Positions 28,616 to 43,157 of a stretch of DNA of 64,000 nucleotides are shown piece after piece (within the stretch, counting starts at the first letter, position 1; every line of letters starts with the position of its first letter). The position numbers and the translations under genes were made by a program. The stretch covers positions 62,558,001-62,622,000 of the forward strand of contig OZ024740.1 of assembly GCA_964016885.1 (NCBI GenBank). Direction: 5' to 3'. The notes beneath the pieces were generated by a model. It saw nothing but the letters and a program-made list of their open reading frames with translations. It ran no database searches and was not told the origin of the DNA. The stretch comes from Eledone cirrhosa. Lineage: Eukaryota.

Positions 28616-30550
28616 TTAATTAGGTTTATAATATTTAAATGTTTTTTTTAGTTTATGATTACACGATATAATTAATTCCTGTCTTTTATTTAATAAGATA
28701 TCCCTAGACTTCATTATTTCAAATAGTTCTTGGGAACATAATCTACATTCCTTTCTATTATTTTGATAAGGGGTGGCTCTTTTGAGCACACTCCAGGTCA
28801 AATCATATTTTATATTTTTATTTTTATAACTATTGATTTTTTCTGCTAGAGATGTTGTATTAGCCAGTGCGGCATTTTTAAAGCTATGTTTGTGGGTATT
28901 ATACCTTGTCTTAAAATTGTTAGAGGTAGCTCCTATATATGAGCAAATAGAATCTTTAGTTTTAACATTACATTTATAGACTATGTTGTTAACAAGACAA
29001 TTCCCTTTTAATGGGCAGTTTGTTTTGTTTCTACAGTTACATCCTTTCGTTAATTCTGTATTTGAGGAGATATTATTGTTAATTTGATGTACTGGTGGTA
29101 TACTTATGGTTTTCTTACATTTATATGCATTATATGCACTTATATTTTGTTTTATGTTATTTGTTGTAGAGTATGAGAATTTAACTGTAGACCTATTTAA
29201 GATTTGATGGTATTTGTGGTTTGGCGGGAAGTTTTTCTCAAGGATATAAAAAAATTTTTTAGCAATATTATCCTTAACTTGTAAATTAAAAGGAGCATTA
29301 TACCAAGTAACTCGTCTATTACGGTTTCTATGTTGTTTATTATTTTTATTATTTTTATATGTTGTATCATGATTTTTACTAGGAGGATTAATGTTAATGA
29401 TCTCACCACAACTATTTTTAGTTATATTTGTAGATTTAGGTGTTTTATCTTTTTTATTAGGAGTTTTATTATTAATATTTATTATAGTCGTATGATGAGT
29501 AGTTTTTTGAGGGTTACTATACTTTATATTAGAAGATTTAGTATTTTGGGGTATACTGTGGGTGGCATTTAGGTGTGTACTTTTCATTTGGTGTTTGTTG
29601 GTAATATTATGCTGTATGCTTTCAGTATTTTTAGTAGAAGGTATATACTCTAATCTATTTTTGTGGCCACTTCTATCTAGAGCTTCATTATAAAAGGTCG
29701 CATTTTTATCAAATACATCTTGGTTAGAAGAAAGGTTAGAAATTCTAAGTGATATATTATATGCAAGGTTTTTAAGGATAGATTTAGGGTGATTAGATTG
29801 TGAGTGTATGTAATGTAAGTTTTGGTTAGGTTTATGGTAAGGTTGGTATATACCCGTAGCTAAATCTAAAGTTATATCTAGGAAATTTACTACTTTACTT
29901 GTTTTTTCAAAAGTAATATTAAGATTATAATAGTCTTTAAGGAAAGTTCTAATATGCTTTTTGTTTTTTTCGATTTCTGAAAGGCTAAGGTTGTTAGAAA
30001 GAAGAAGACAGTCATCACGATATAAACCACCTTTGAGGTGGGGAAAAGAGGCATTTATGTTGAAAAGGAGAAAGAGGCCCACAAGATCAGTAATTTGGGC
30101 GGAATCGCTTGAACCCATAGTAATATCAAAAAGATTACTGTAAGTGTTTCTGGTCCAGTATTCATTCTGAAATTCAATAAGTGTTTGTCTAGCATGTGTA
30201 ATAATGTTAATGTCATCCGAAGTTAAATTAGATCTATTTTTAGCAAATATTAATGCTTTGTTCAGGAGTATGGGTGATATAGAAGAATAGTAATTATCTA
30301 TATCAAATTGTAGGAAAGAAGCAGAAGATTTACACCTAATATTTTTAAACCAATTAATTACCTGGGAGGTGTTTTCCCAGAGTGGTAAAATAACGTATTT
30401 TCTTATTTGTGGGATGACTCTATCTAAAATTTTTTTGCTAATTATTCCAATATCTGATTTGGAGGGACATATAAGTCTAATAGAAGGATTAGAGTTAAAG
30501 TTAGATTTGTGATCGTTCGTGGTTATGTGTATATTTATGCATATACGCAC
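28616..30550 (-). CDS. PLE RT + GIY-YIG, open but N-truncated (first ~12 codons come from the inverted repeat)
   Basis: DHK..IRLICPSKS, FLQFDI, MGSSDSAQITDLVG, GLYRDD, NFLD, WYNAPF, CNCRNKTNCPL, YIGAT..FKTRY, CRLC..LLNKRQE. Confidence 0.93.
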   Translation of the reverse strand: MRICINIHITTNDHKSNFNSNPSIRLICPSKSDIGIISKKILDRVIPQIRKYVILPLWENTSQVINWFKNIRCKSSASFLQFDIDNYYSSISPILLNKALIFAKNRSNLTSDDINIITHARQTLIEFQNEYWTRNTYSNLFDITMGSSDSAQITDLVGLFLLFNINASFPHLKGGLYRDDCLLLSNNLSLSEIEKNKKHIRTFLKDYYNLNITFEKTSKVVNFLDITLDLATGIYQPYHKPNQNLHYIHSQSNHPKSILKNLAYNISLRISNLSSNQDVFDKNATFYNEALDRSGHKNRLEYIPSTKNTESIQHNITNKHQMKSTHLNATHSIPQNTKSSNIKYSNPQKTTHHTTIININNKTPNKKDKTPKSTNITKNSCGEIININPPSKNHDTTYKNNKNNKQHRNRNRRVTWYNAPFNLQVKDNIAKKFFYILEKNFPPNHKYHQILNRSTVKFSYSTTNNIKQNISAYNAYKCKKTISIPPVHQINNNISSNTELTKGCNCRNKTNCPLKGNCLVNNIVYKCNVKTKDSICSYIGATSNNFKTRYNTHKHSFKNAALANTTSLAEKINSYKNKNIKYDLTWSVLKRATPYQNNRKECRLCSQELFEIMKSRDILLNKRQELIISCNHKLKKTFKYYKPN

Positions 30551-30850
30551 ATGTATGTGTGATTATACTGATATGTGTGAGTATGAAAAAAATATATTTA
30601 TATGCTTGACTCCATAAGTATCTTTGCGTATCTTATCAGCGCATTAAGCTTACAGAGATATTAACCTTGAAATTTTGTGTTTGCATCCATCTTTTTAGTA
30701 TACACATACAAATTATACACACATTATTGTAAAATATGTGTAAGGTTTTTGCATGTGTATACACACACCAAACTGCTTTTAACCCTTTGTGTTTTCATTG
30801 GTCAATTTTGAACTGATATTTTGAATTGTTGTTATTATCAATAAATATAC

Positions 30851-31005
30851 TTCATTATTTCTGAAGACGGCGTATATATGAGTTAGGTATGTATATTTAA
30901 TCTTGATAATTTGTATAATTTTGTATAATTTTGTACATAGATCTGTTAAATATGCATACCAATTATAACACATATATGCCCTAGAAACGATCGTTAAATA
31001 GTGAA
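30851..31005 (+). ncRNA. HHR F10 with ~115-nt stem II
   Basis: ttcattattt-CTGAAGA-c-ggcgtatat...atatatgcc-cta-GAAAC-gatc-GTT-aaatagtgaa; inner helix ggtatgtatatttaa/ttaaatatgcatacc. Confidence 0.85.
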
Positions 31006-31190
31006 CTTTTTTTGTTTAATATAAGGAATTGTTTGTTCATTATTTGTTTAATATTTTATCTTGACTCTGTATACCGTTTATCTTTCACCGAAAGTGGATT
31101 TTCATTACATCTCTTCTTTCCATGATATCCGGAATACATTGAGTTCTTCATACGGATTGGACACTACCGTAAACTCTTGGTAGATTTATC

Positions 31191-31229
<39 letters not shown>

Positions 31230-31230
<1 letters not shown>

Positions 31231-31744
31231 AGAGTTAAACAAGGTTCATATGAATACATCTAAGAATGAGTTTACACACATACATATGTGTGTGTATGTA
31301 TTTGTATGTGTGTTTGTGTATATGTATGTATATATATGTATATATATATATATATATGTGTGTATATATGTGTGTGTGTATGTATATGTGTATGTGTATG
31401 TATGTGTATATGTATATGTATGTGTATGTGTGTGTGTGTGTATGTATTTATTTTTATGTATGTATGTGTATATGCAATTGTGTGTATTGCTTACCACGTG
31501 TGTTTGTTCATTTATTTGTTGCCTGTATCGCTGTCAACTTTATAATAATTTTTACATTTATTCTTCTTCTTATGTGACGGTATTTTTATTTTTATATTTT
31601 TTCTTATAATTATTTGTGTGTGTGCGTATATAGGTGTGTGTACATATATCTATATTTGTGCATGCGTATGTATGCGTGTATATATGTGTGTATGTATGTG
31701 TATGTATGTACGTGTGTATATATGTATGATTGTGTGTATTTATG

Positions 31745-31785
<41 letters not shown>

Positions 31786-32160
31786 GTGTGTGTGTGTGTG
31801 CGTGTTTGTGTATTTGTGTGTATGTGTATGTATGGATATGTTGATATATATGTGTGTATGTATGTATATGTATGTGTATATATATATATGTGTATGTGTA
31901 TGTATATGTATATATATGTGTATGTATATATGTGTGTGTATGTAATTGTGTGTGTGTGTGTGTGTGTGTGCATGTGTGTTTATTTTTCCTTTCCTTCTTC
32001 CTTTTCCAGCCTCACTTTCATATAGATTATATTTTTGTTTTTAAAATTCAATGTCAATAAATACACCAGGATTTTTTCATTCTGATGATTGAAAGCAAAA
32101 TTTGTTTGCTTTCAAGAAACCACTGGTAAATGAAATAATTGCCTTATGTTGTTTATTACA

Positions 32161-32165
<5 letters not shown>
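31230..32165 (+). mobile_element. PLE 3' region F11: cryptic (TG/TA) microsatellite body ending in an HHR
   Basis: Shares unique anchors and the terminus with 55284-56460 (-). Confidence 0.75.
32076..32134 (+). ncRNA. HHR F11
   Basis: ttcatt-CTGATGA-t-tgaaagcaaa atttg tttgctttca-a-GAAAC-cactg-GTA-aatgaa. Confidence 0.88.
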
Positions 32166-32233
<68 letters not shown>

Positions 32234-32704
32234 TAAAATATATAAATTTCTATCAAATTAAAAATGTGAGGAAATAATAAATAAAAATATACCTGTTTTT
32301 TCTTCAAAGTCCAGACTGCAGTTTCGCCGAATCCGTTGGCAGCAAATCATACACTATAGAAGGGCACCATTGCTGTGAGGTTGATAAGGTTCATCAAGAG
32401 ATCCCTCGGTAAAAGGACTGTTTCATGACACGTTCGTAACAACTGAGAAATTCTCGAGAGTCGGACGGAGAAATTAACACGTGATACAGTTGTCACAGAA
32501 GAGTAGTAAAAGTGGCTATAATAAGCGCTAGACAAAAAGCAGTTAGCACACGCAAGGTTAACTCGACCACAGGGGAGTTTGGGACAATATAATAATGATA
32601 TACACAGACATATTCATATGTATATGTGTGTGTGTGATGTTTTGCTCGAATACCGAAAGATTTAAAAATAATCAAAAGAGTTAAAATAATTCGAGTAAAA
32701 CTTG

Positions 32705-33195
32705 TTAAGGCGGACAGTTTTTATCTGCCTGGTGGCAATGGCGATGAAGGTCATGTGGTGGGCGCACTTGAAAGGGTTGAAGACAAGTACTTTCCTCTTC
32801 GGAGACGCCATAATTAACTTTTTCAGGATCCGACAGAGGTACTGGCAGGAATGGAAAAATGAACACTGAAGTACAGGTGCATTTTGGTACAATCTCGCAA
32901 AGCAGAGATAGATGCCGAGGACCATGACACTCTCCTCGACGTGAAGTTCACAAAGTGTGAGAAATGGCCCGGGACTGGTTTGGAGATTCTTCTCTAAATC
33001 AGACCCGAAAAAATCAAAACCATCCCAGACCACGGGAAACTACTAGACGGGTTCGAGATCCAAGCGGTTACTGAGGGAAAAGGCCGCACTGTTTCGTATG
33101 TGGCGAAGCCACACATCTGCGAGCCTTTTATTCTCAACTGAAAATTCCAGGGAGCCGCAAACCTCAGTTGTTGCCAACACCAGTCAGTGCCGGAC
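32705..33195 (+). mobile_element. Tx1/L1-like LINE fragments (ORF2 C-terminus piece, then ORF1 zinc knuckle)
   Basis: 32705-32835 is homologous to 51600-51720; ~33020-33135 reads PDHGKLLDGFEIQAVTEGKRPHCFVCGEATHLRA. Confidence 0.65.
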
Positions 33196-33196
33196 C

Positions 33197-33294
<98 letters not shown>

Positions 33295-33959
33295 TAGCGT
33301 GTGTGTTGTAGAAAAAGTCACAATAACAAACAATAGTAAGTTGTGGGCACAACATATAGTAACATGTCAGAAAAATATCTATCTAAAACAATTCAATATA
33401 AAACTTTGAAAAGCTACGTGATTTATTAAGTAAGAATGAGTACCCTATACTGAAGTAGAGTTTAAATATTCATTTATTATGGCCAAGTGGTGAGCCTTGT
33501 TACTCTGGACTTTCACCTGCGCATTCACAGGATCATCAGACAAGACTACATTTTCAATAATAGAGAAAGTATAAATAGGGGAGAACGCAAAGGGATCATG
33601 ATGTGGTAGGTGTTAATGAATATGTGTGTCAGGAGTAAAAGAGAGTTATGAAAAGGGAAAATGAAGTAAAGAAAGAACTAACAGAAATAAGGAAGGTATG
33701 GGCATGATATATACGATGATGATTATGATAATAAAGCTGATGATAGGAATTAATAAGATTTGTAAAAGGAGTGACGTTTCGGGTGATGATGATGAATAGG
33801 TAAATGAGATGAATGGAAATAATTTGGATGGGTAGGTGGGTATATATATCAATTGGTGGAGTTGAATAAAATATTTACTGAAAACTGTAAAACTGTATAT
33901 AAATAGGGATGCACAAAGCAGGCTTTATTTACAAACAGCTTGCGAATTTGAAAATTAGG

Positions 33960-34240
33960 TAGTAACATGTGCTTACGCCGTATTTGACTAAATTAAATTA
34001 GTCTGTTAGTTGGGATTTAAAAACACCCCTCTGAATGGAAAAAAGGATGAATATTGACGTACTTGAGACACGAACCCACATCATTGTAATGGTAACACAT
34101 TGGTCCGGCAAACCAAAGATGTGGGTTCGTGTCTTGTGTACGTCAATACTCATCATTTTTTTCCATTCAGAGGTTTTTTTAAAATCCAAACTAATAGACT
34201 AATTTTATTTAGTCAAATACGGCGTAAGCACATGTTACTA
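33960..34240. repeat. Fold-back copy of a relative of the tRNA-like 260-bp family
   Basis: 33960-34082 inverted versus 34118-34240; tgtaatggtaacacattggtccggcaaaccaaagatgtgggttcg matches 13865-13909. Confidence 0.75.
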
Positions 34241-34689
34241 CTGAAAAATATTTACCTAAAAATAGAGTTCCTTGAGAAAACAGTAGGTGTGATATATACG
34301 ATGGTAGAATTGACAGAATAAAGAAACAGTAGAATGGTAATAATGGAGTAAATCATATGAACGGTTCTGCAGATTTGTGCTTGTGAGTGATGATGGTCGC
34401 GGTGTTGAAAATATATTTGATTGGTAGATGAGTGTATAAAATATTTAATGGATTTACTTTTGTAAACAGTGGGTGATGATGGTGATGAAATAGGAGTAAA
34501 TAAAAAAAGAAAAGGAGGTATGGAAAAAATAAGAAAATTAAAAATAAGAAGGAAATAAAAGAGAAAAGAGAAAAATAAACAAGAACATTTATGTTCCTTT
34601 TTTTGAAATTTATATATTTCCTTTCAAGGAATGTATTTATACTCTCAGCTGCCTGCAATGGTATCTATTTTTATCAATTTTTTAGTAAT

Positions 34690-34844
34690 CGACTGATATC
34701 AAAATGAGTAGTATATTGAAAAATGGAAAAATAGGGTGGTGGTGGTGGGGTGGGGTGGGGGTGGGGGTGTGTGTGTGTGGGGGGGATTTCATGATTTCGA
34801 GGGACAAAAGGGGGCGTTTGGCCTAAATGGGTTGAGAACCTGTG
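34690..34844 (-). mobile_element. Possible hAT/Charlie-type MITE end
   Basis: Minus strand begins cacaggttctcaacc, resembling CAGTGGTTCTCAAC TIRs; partner TIR not found. Confidence 0.3.
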
Positions 34845-34869
34845 TACTAAACTGTATTTACATGATATA

Positions 34870-35390
34870 TTCCATAAATAAAAATACCATATTCTGAAGA
34901 GATTATTAGACCAACGTTAGTGATGTCGTTAATTACAACTCCGATCAATTTTCCAATAATCTTTAGTAACAGCATTAAGTAACAATTGGTGGAGAATACT
35001 CCTCTCAACTTGGTATAGTTTAGTGGTTTTATCGGAGTGAACATGCACCGCATTAGAATCCTTTCCTTATTCGCTACATTCTTTTATTCAAATCCTGTTA
35101 GAAGGGATTGCTTCTCTTTCGAAATTTAATAATACTCCGTATGAGTTTAAGTACATCCATTTCGAACTGTAATAAAGCTGAGTTACTTTGAGGGTTATTT
35201 TATTATAAGTTCTGAACCCCAACTTTTCCTGGTGTTTATCAGCTTTATCCTGATGGTCGAAATGGAAGGCACGCTAAAGCATCCTTTTCATGAAAGAATC
35301 AGTTTTGGGATGAGTATTTTCAAGTATGTCTTCCTGTTTGGTACCGGAATGTTTTTGGTAGAAATATTTAGGTTGTTTCTGCATGGAAAG
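34870..35390 (-). pseudogene. Degenerate N-terminal part of a Hydra-like PLE ORF
   Basis: Broken minus frames read STKNIPVPNRKTYLKILI, KTDSFMKRM*RAFHF, GFRT, FEMDVLKLIRSIIKF, DKTTKLYQV. Confidence 0.6.
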
Positions 35391-36462
35391 GAAAATCATT
35401 TGAATCCGCTTTACTTCATTTAAACTTTATTTCAATAATTGTTTACACGGCTCTGGATGCATTAACCCGTGTTTCAATTTTACCATCTATTTCTACAGCG
35501 CATACTCGAAGCCTTTCCTTACCATTGTTTTGCTCCATAATGGACACTTGTTAGATACATTCTGGATCAAATCTATAATTAAAGTATATTCAAATGCTAC
35601 TGTTTCTCAAACCTTTCCTTTTTTACTGTTTGGTTTCTCGTCCCGGCTTTGTGAAGACAAATCCATCTTTCTTTTTCACTTACAAGTTGTATTGTTTGTT
35701 TACTTGTTCTCATCGATAAAAACGATTTTTACTTTGGCTTTCGAATTCATACTTCCTATCCATTGTGACTTATTAGAAGCCATTTCAAATAGTCTTCTGA
35801 TTTAGACACCACAGAATATTTTATTGCTTCGGCCTTTGATGAAGAATGAACTAAAGGATAGTTACTTTTAGGTCTCATAATAAAAATAAACCTTTTAGTC
35901 ATTAAGGCACAAGAAAGTTTACTATAAGTTCTACGGAACGGAATATACTTGTAATTTTTTTCCAAATTCAACCGCTTGTAAATTCTGAGCCTGAAACATA
36001 AAGATCTCCAGTTTTTGGATACTTATGGAATTTTGCTTCCACATGATTGTCAAATCAATTCCATAAAAAGTAACATAACATTTTCGAAAATGTAAGGTGA
36101 TTGTGTATTAGAAAGTAGCACAAAATGAAATGTTTGCTCGTAAATCAAAACGTATATCTACAATGTTATACAAATATAACATTCAAGAGATTTCTTACTT
36201 TTAAAATAAAAAAAATTAAATATTAAGTACGCCATATATAAATACTTAATTTAGGGATAGACAATTTCACCAATAAGCCAATTTCAACACGCATATAAAA
36301 AAAAACTAAAACAAAAAACAACAACGACAATAATGTCAGGGTTCCTGTTTTTCAATCTATTGCGTTTAAATATTCGTTTTTTATATACCTACATACACAC
36401 AGGCATATATGAATGAGACAGGTTGTTTCTACTTAACTTAGTGTATTATTTAATATGATATT

Positions 36463-36650
36463 GTTCGGTGGATTGGCAGTATCGGTAGAGGGTTGGACGC
36501 TGTGCTTTGACGCACAGAGTTACGGCCCTTGCCATTCTCATTTCGAATCCTGCCGAGGTTAACTTTGCCTTTCATCCTTACGGGATCGATAAAATAAAAT
36601 ACCAGTAATGCACTTGGTAATTGCTGACGTTGTGCCAAAAAGTAGAAACA
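36463..36650 (+). mobile_element. SINE with an 18-bp target-site duplication
   Basis: attatttaatatgatatt at 36445-36462 and 36651-36668. Confidence 0.9.
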
Positions 36651-37153
36651 ATTATTTAATATGATATTCAATAAGACTCTTACGTTTAAAAAACCAAAAC
36701 AATAAGAGAAGATTAAAAGAAGTATTGGTATGAAATCCTTAAATTTGACACAGAGTTACAAGAGGAACAAAACTAAATTAATATTTATATTATTCATGAA
36801 AACATTTTTTCATCTAGCAAGTAATTCAGACAAGTAAATGCATGCACATTGAAGATTTTTTATTTGCAAAATCAATTTACAGTGACATTTAATAATACTT
36901 CCTGTGTTTCTATTTCCAAAAAAATGATGTAGTTGCACACTTACACAAATACAAAAATGGGCAAGGTTGGTTCTAATTTAAGCAGTTGATAATTTGATAT
37001 ATTTGTAAGGAGTCTTAACTTAAAAAAAAAATTTTAAAGTAGAAAGTTGCGCAAATAAAAATAAAAAAAGATAAAGTAGGTATGTGTTACTAAGCACATG
37101 TACATGTTTGTGGTATATATATATATATATATATACCACAAACATGTACATAC

Positions 37154-37222
<69 letters not shown>

Positions 37223-37227
37223 CAAAT

Positions 37228-38854
<1,627 letters not shown>

Positions 38855-38857
<3 letters not shown>

Positions 38858-39740
38858 ATTAAATAAATGGAAACTATATTTATAAAACCATATTTATTTC
38901 ATTATATATATTTCAGGGATATCATATTAACAATATGCTATGCCTTCCTCAGACAAAATACAATATAAACAGTTTTATAGATAAATAGTTTGGTAGTGAC
39001 AAAATTGTACACAAAGAGAAAGAAAGAGAGAGAGAAAGAGAGAAAAAAAGAGAGAAGAAAAAAAAGAGAGAAAAAAGGAAAGAAAGACAAAACGAAGAAA
39101 AAGAAAAAGAAGAAATGCATGGAACAAAATAGAGAGATGGAAAGATAGATAAAGAGAAGAACTTCATGTAAAGAAACAGAAAGATATATATATATATAGA
39201 GAGAGAGGAAATAGAGACAGATAGATATATATAGAAAGCTAGGTAGTGGGACGACTGTTGAATAACGTATCAATGATACATTTATTTATTTATTTATTTA
39301 TTTAGCTCTAGTATTAATGTAAGGGAGATATATGGAGGGAAAACCAGCTGTTATATAGGGAGAGAAAAAATATAGAGAGAGAAAAAAGAGAGAGAAAAAA
39401 TTCAAAAACATCCAGACACAGGCGAGGCGTAAAAAACCTCTGTTTTAATATAGAGGTATTAGTATTTACAAAACCAGCCTCTACATTGTAAATATCAGTA
39501 TTCCTGAATGAGATATGTATCCACAATGTGTGAAAATTAATGATCTTATGTTTAGTTTTTTAAAAAATTCATATGTTTATGTGATAATTACAAACATCTA
39601 TGTGAATGTACATGATCAATTCTGCAAACCTTAAGTTCACGGAAAGTATTCTCAATGTGGTATAAAACATTTGTCGAGTGCTTTTATATCAGTTATAAAT
39701 ATTTACTAGTTGTAACCCAACAATTTAAATATAACTTTCC
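38855..39740 (-). mobile_element. F4 PLE 3' region without ORF
   Basis: Homologous to 14417-15480; shares the 5'-junction tag ttgtaacccaacaattt with 17659. Confidence 0.78.
38897..38958 (-). ncRNA. HHR F4
   Basis: ttttgt-CTGAGGA-aggcatagcatatt gtt aatatgatatccct-GAAAT-atat-ATA-atgaaa. Confidence 0.8.
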
Positions 39741-39762
39741 ATATATATATATATATATATAT

Positions 39763-41212
39763 TGAGGGAGATACTCCTAGTCTTCATTCAGACAGGAGAA
39801 GGTCACTCGAATTATGAAGGGGGTGGTCCACATTCGCCGAATACACGCTCGTGGCTGTTCAGACCAATGCGTTCAGACACGACCGTAGCGGCTGCAGCTG
39901 GTGGTCTGGTCAGGGTTTAATGACTTGGTGTTGTGGTTCTTTTGTCCTTGAGGGTTGCCCTGTGGGTGTTTCACGGTTCTTAGCTAGGGTGGTGCGGAGG
40001 TAGCACTGACGGAGGCGATCGAAGAGTCGAAGGTGGTGGCGATAAGTGATCCATGACTCTGAGCCATATAGGAGCGTAGTAAGGAGTATGGCTCTGTAGA
40101 CTCTGATCTTGGTATCCTTCTTCAGGTATTTATTGTTCCACGCGCGTTTATAAAGTTTATACAGTTTGCCAAATGCACTGCTCACCCTTGCTAGTCTGTT
40201 ACTGATTTCCTTGTCGATCTTGGTATCTGATGTGATGCTGTACTTTAGATAGGTGAACTGATGGACTGTTTTCAGTTCAGTCTTGCCAATGGTTATATGG
40301 GGTGGGTAGTACTCTTCCTGATGTGTAGGCTTACTTCCAGCCTAAAGAGCTGGACAGCCTCTACTAAGCAAGAAGTGATGCACTGCAAGGCTCTGTGTGG
40401 GTAACAAGAGCAGCAACATCAACAAAGAGGTGGTTACGGATCAATTGCTCCAGGGTCTTCGTATAGGACTGTATGCGACGAAGATTAAACAGGTTGCCAT
40501 CAAGACTGTATCTGATGTAGACTCCGCCCTCGTCATTAAGATCTTCTGTGGCGCACTTGAGCGTCATGCTGAAGAAGATGATGAAGAAAGTCGGTGCCAG
40601 ATCGTAACCCTATTTCACTCCGCTGGTGATCGGGAAGGGCTCTGAGAGGTCACTGTTAAGATCTGACTTGGCCACGCTGGTCTTTCTGTAGCTGGATGAC
40701 CATGTTCAGGAATTTTGGGGCCCAGCCGAGTCGTCCAATAATCTGCCACATTCCTTTTCTGCTCACTGTATCAAAAACTTCAGTCAAGTCCACGAAAACC
40801 ATAAAGACCTTTATTTTGCTCTCGACACTCCTCTTGAAGCTGCCTAAGAACAAACACCATGTCTGTGGTCTTCCCGTTGACTCTGAAGCCACACTTGCCC
40901 CTGGGAGATGTTCGTCTGCGATGGTAGGTACTAGCCTGTTTAGCAACATCCTTGCGAGGATTTTTCCCGCGACAGTGAGCAGAGTAATCCCCCGGTAATT
41001 TGAGCGTTTTGACTTTTCCCCTTTGTTATTAAACAGGGTGATGATGACTGCATCACGGAGACCTTGTGGCAGATAGCCTTGCTCCCAGCAACATACGAAG
41101 AACTCGTGGAGTTTTGCGTGTAGTGCAGGTCCCCATGCTTATACATCTTGGGTGGAATTCCATCTACTCCTGCTGCTTTGCCACACCTTAGCTGGTTAAA
41201 TTGAATTGCCAT
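39763..41212 (-). mobile_element. RTE (BovB-like) LINE, truncated and frameshifted
   Basis: GKAAGVDGIP, FVDLTEVFDTVSR, GVYIRYSLDGNLFNLRR, SSAFGKL, TKIRVYRAILLTTLLYGSESW. Confidence 0.9.
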
Positions 41213-41644
41213 CTGTCATATACTATCCCCTCTCTTCTTCCTTTCTTACAACTAATATAAATACTTCAATTTTTCTGATTTTTTCCAATTTATCCAATGT
41301 CTCTGAAGAAGTGACAACTGATTATACATTTGCTATCGAATACTTGCTAACATTATATGATTACGCAAGCAGCGATACATAGGTATTCTGTCTGTTACAG
41401 AAACATATGTCAATACCTAATAAATTCCTTTATGAAAGCACTTTCATTTTATATTCATCTTTTCTACATTTTCTCCGGAATATAATTTATACTCGTTGAG
41501 CAAACCTACACGTACGCTGTTCATCTCTAACGTGACGATATATTATCACCACATTATTGATAACTTGAAATTTTATATATATGTATATATATATATATGT
41601 GTATATATGTATATATATATATATGTATATATATGTATATATAT

Positions 41645-42615
41645 GCCTCACAGCAACAGGCCATTGTGTTCTTCCATATTTCTCTGTCTTTGCAGGTCAT
41701 ATTTTATGGTGGATCTCCAAGTCTTCTTTGGTCTACCCTTTGGTCTTTTGGCACCAGCTGTAAACCATGACATTGCAGTTCTTGCTGGGGTATTGTGTTC
41801 CATTAGTAGGACATGCCCTGTCAGTTGCATTCTTCTGCTCTTGATGACAAAAGTCAAGTGTATGGCGTTGGCTCTTTGAAGCACATCTTTGTTTGTGATC
41901 TTGTCTTGCCATCTAATTCCCAGGATCTTTCGGAGGCATCTTTATTGGGAGAGTATCAAGCTGTTTTTGTTTAGTTCTGGCAGTAATCTTCCATGTGTCA
42001 ACAGCATAGTTTGTTTTTGAGATAACAATTGACCAGAATAGCCTCAATTTCGTTTGTGATGTGAGCTTCGTTTTTGGTAATATTGATTGGAGTTTCTTGA
42101 ATACTATGGCTACCCTTTATTTTATATCAGCTTCAGTATAGCCATATATTGTCTGAACGCTCCCAAGATATATGAAGTGTTGAACGTCATCTATCTTTTT
42201 CCTATTGACTGAAACTTCATATACTTCACTGCAGGCAACTTTCTGTATTTTTGTTTTTGATATATTTACTCTCAAGCCAACCTTCTTTGCTGTTTCAACC
42301 ATGGCATTTGTCATTGTCTGTATTCCTGTGCAATTGTTGGTGAGAAGGGTTAAGTCATCAGTAAAGTCTAAATCCGTCAGTTTTACTCTTCCCCATTTTA
42401 AGTCATGTCTACAGGTGTCCAAAGACTTTATCAGAATGTAATTCAAGAAAAAGAATGAGGATACATCCCTGTCGCACTGCTGATAAGATTGAAAGGAACT
42501 CAGTAAATCCTGATTCTGTTTGTACATAACAACTTGAGTCTTGATAAAGTGACTTAAACATTTATGATATAGCGATAGATCTGGAGGATCTTCCAGAGTG
42601 ACTAGCGGTGTACAC
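41645..42615 (-). mobile_element. Second RTE-clade LINE fragment
   Basis: LTDLDFTDD, GLRVNISKTK, FIYLGS, GHVLLM..KRPKGRPKKTW. Confidence 0.85.
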
Positions 42616-42765
42616 TATATATATGTCCCTATCACTAGAGAATTGTACCTACTAATTTGCATAATTTATATATTTCAATATAGCCGAACTGATGAACTGA
42701 GATAGTCTATTTAGATATTTAGATCCTACTAGTGAAGTACGTTTATTCGGAAAATGTACTGTACT

Positions 42766-42864
<99 letters not shown>

Positions 42865-43157
42865 TATTCCAGATATAACTCCAATAAGGCAACACCAGTA
42901 GAATTATCTAAAGTACTCCCTATACACTCAATGATGCAAGAAATGAATCTATTCCTCAATTAAAGTGAAACTATTAAGATATTGAATAATATATAGACCG
43001 GGTGTATGTCTGCTATAATATATACACAACAACAACGACGAATACAAAAGGGAATATATATATAAAAGCTTGTCAGATACGGCAGAAATATAGATATGAA
43101 TCTCTAAGGTGCATAAGGTTAGTGCGTATGGTGGTAGTTACATAATTTTATATTATA

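Larger units (their letters stand above)
25250..31195 (-). mobile_element. Hydra-like PLE (F10) with a ~3.4-kb 3' region and an inverted 3' copy plus tail at the truncated 5' end
   Basis: 25250-25791 is the reverse complement of ~30515-31058; tail 31059-31195 recurs at 59180-59320; ORF 28616-30515. Confidence 0.85.

Noticed and set aside
32305-32400. Minus-strand TTGATGA...GAAAC-tgca-GTC
   Set aside because: The core is mutated and stems I and II do not pair convincingly; left uncounted.
34870-36000. Host gene exon
   Set aside because: The recognisable part is a broken PLE N-terminus; no supported exon structure.
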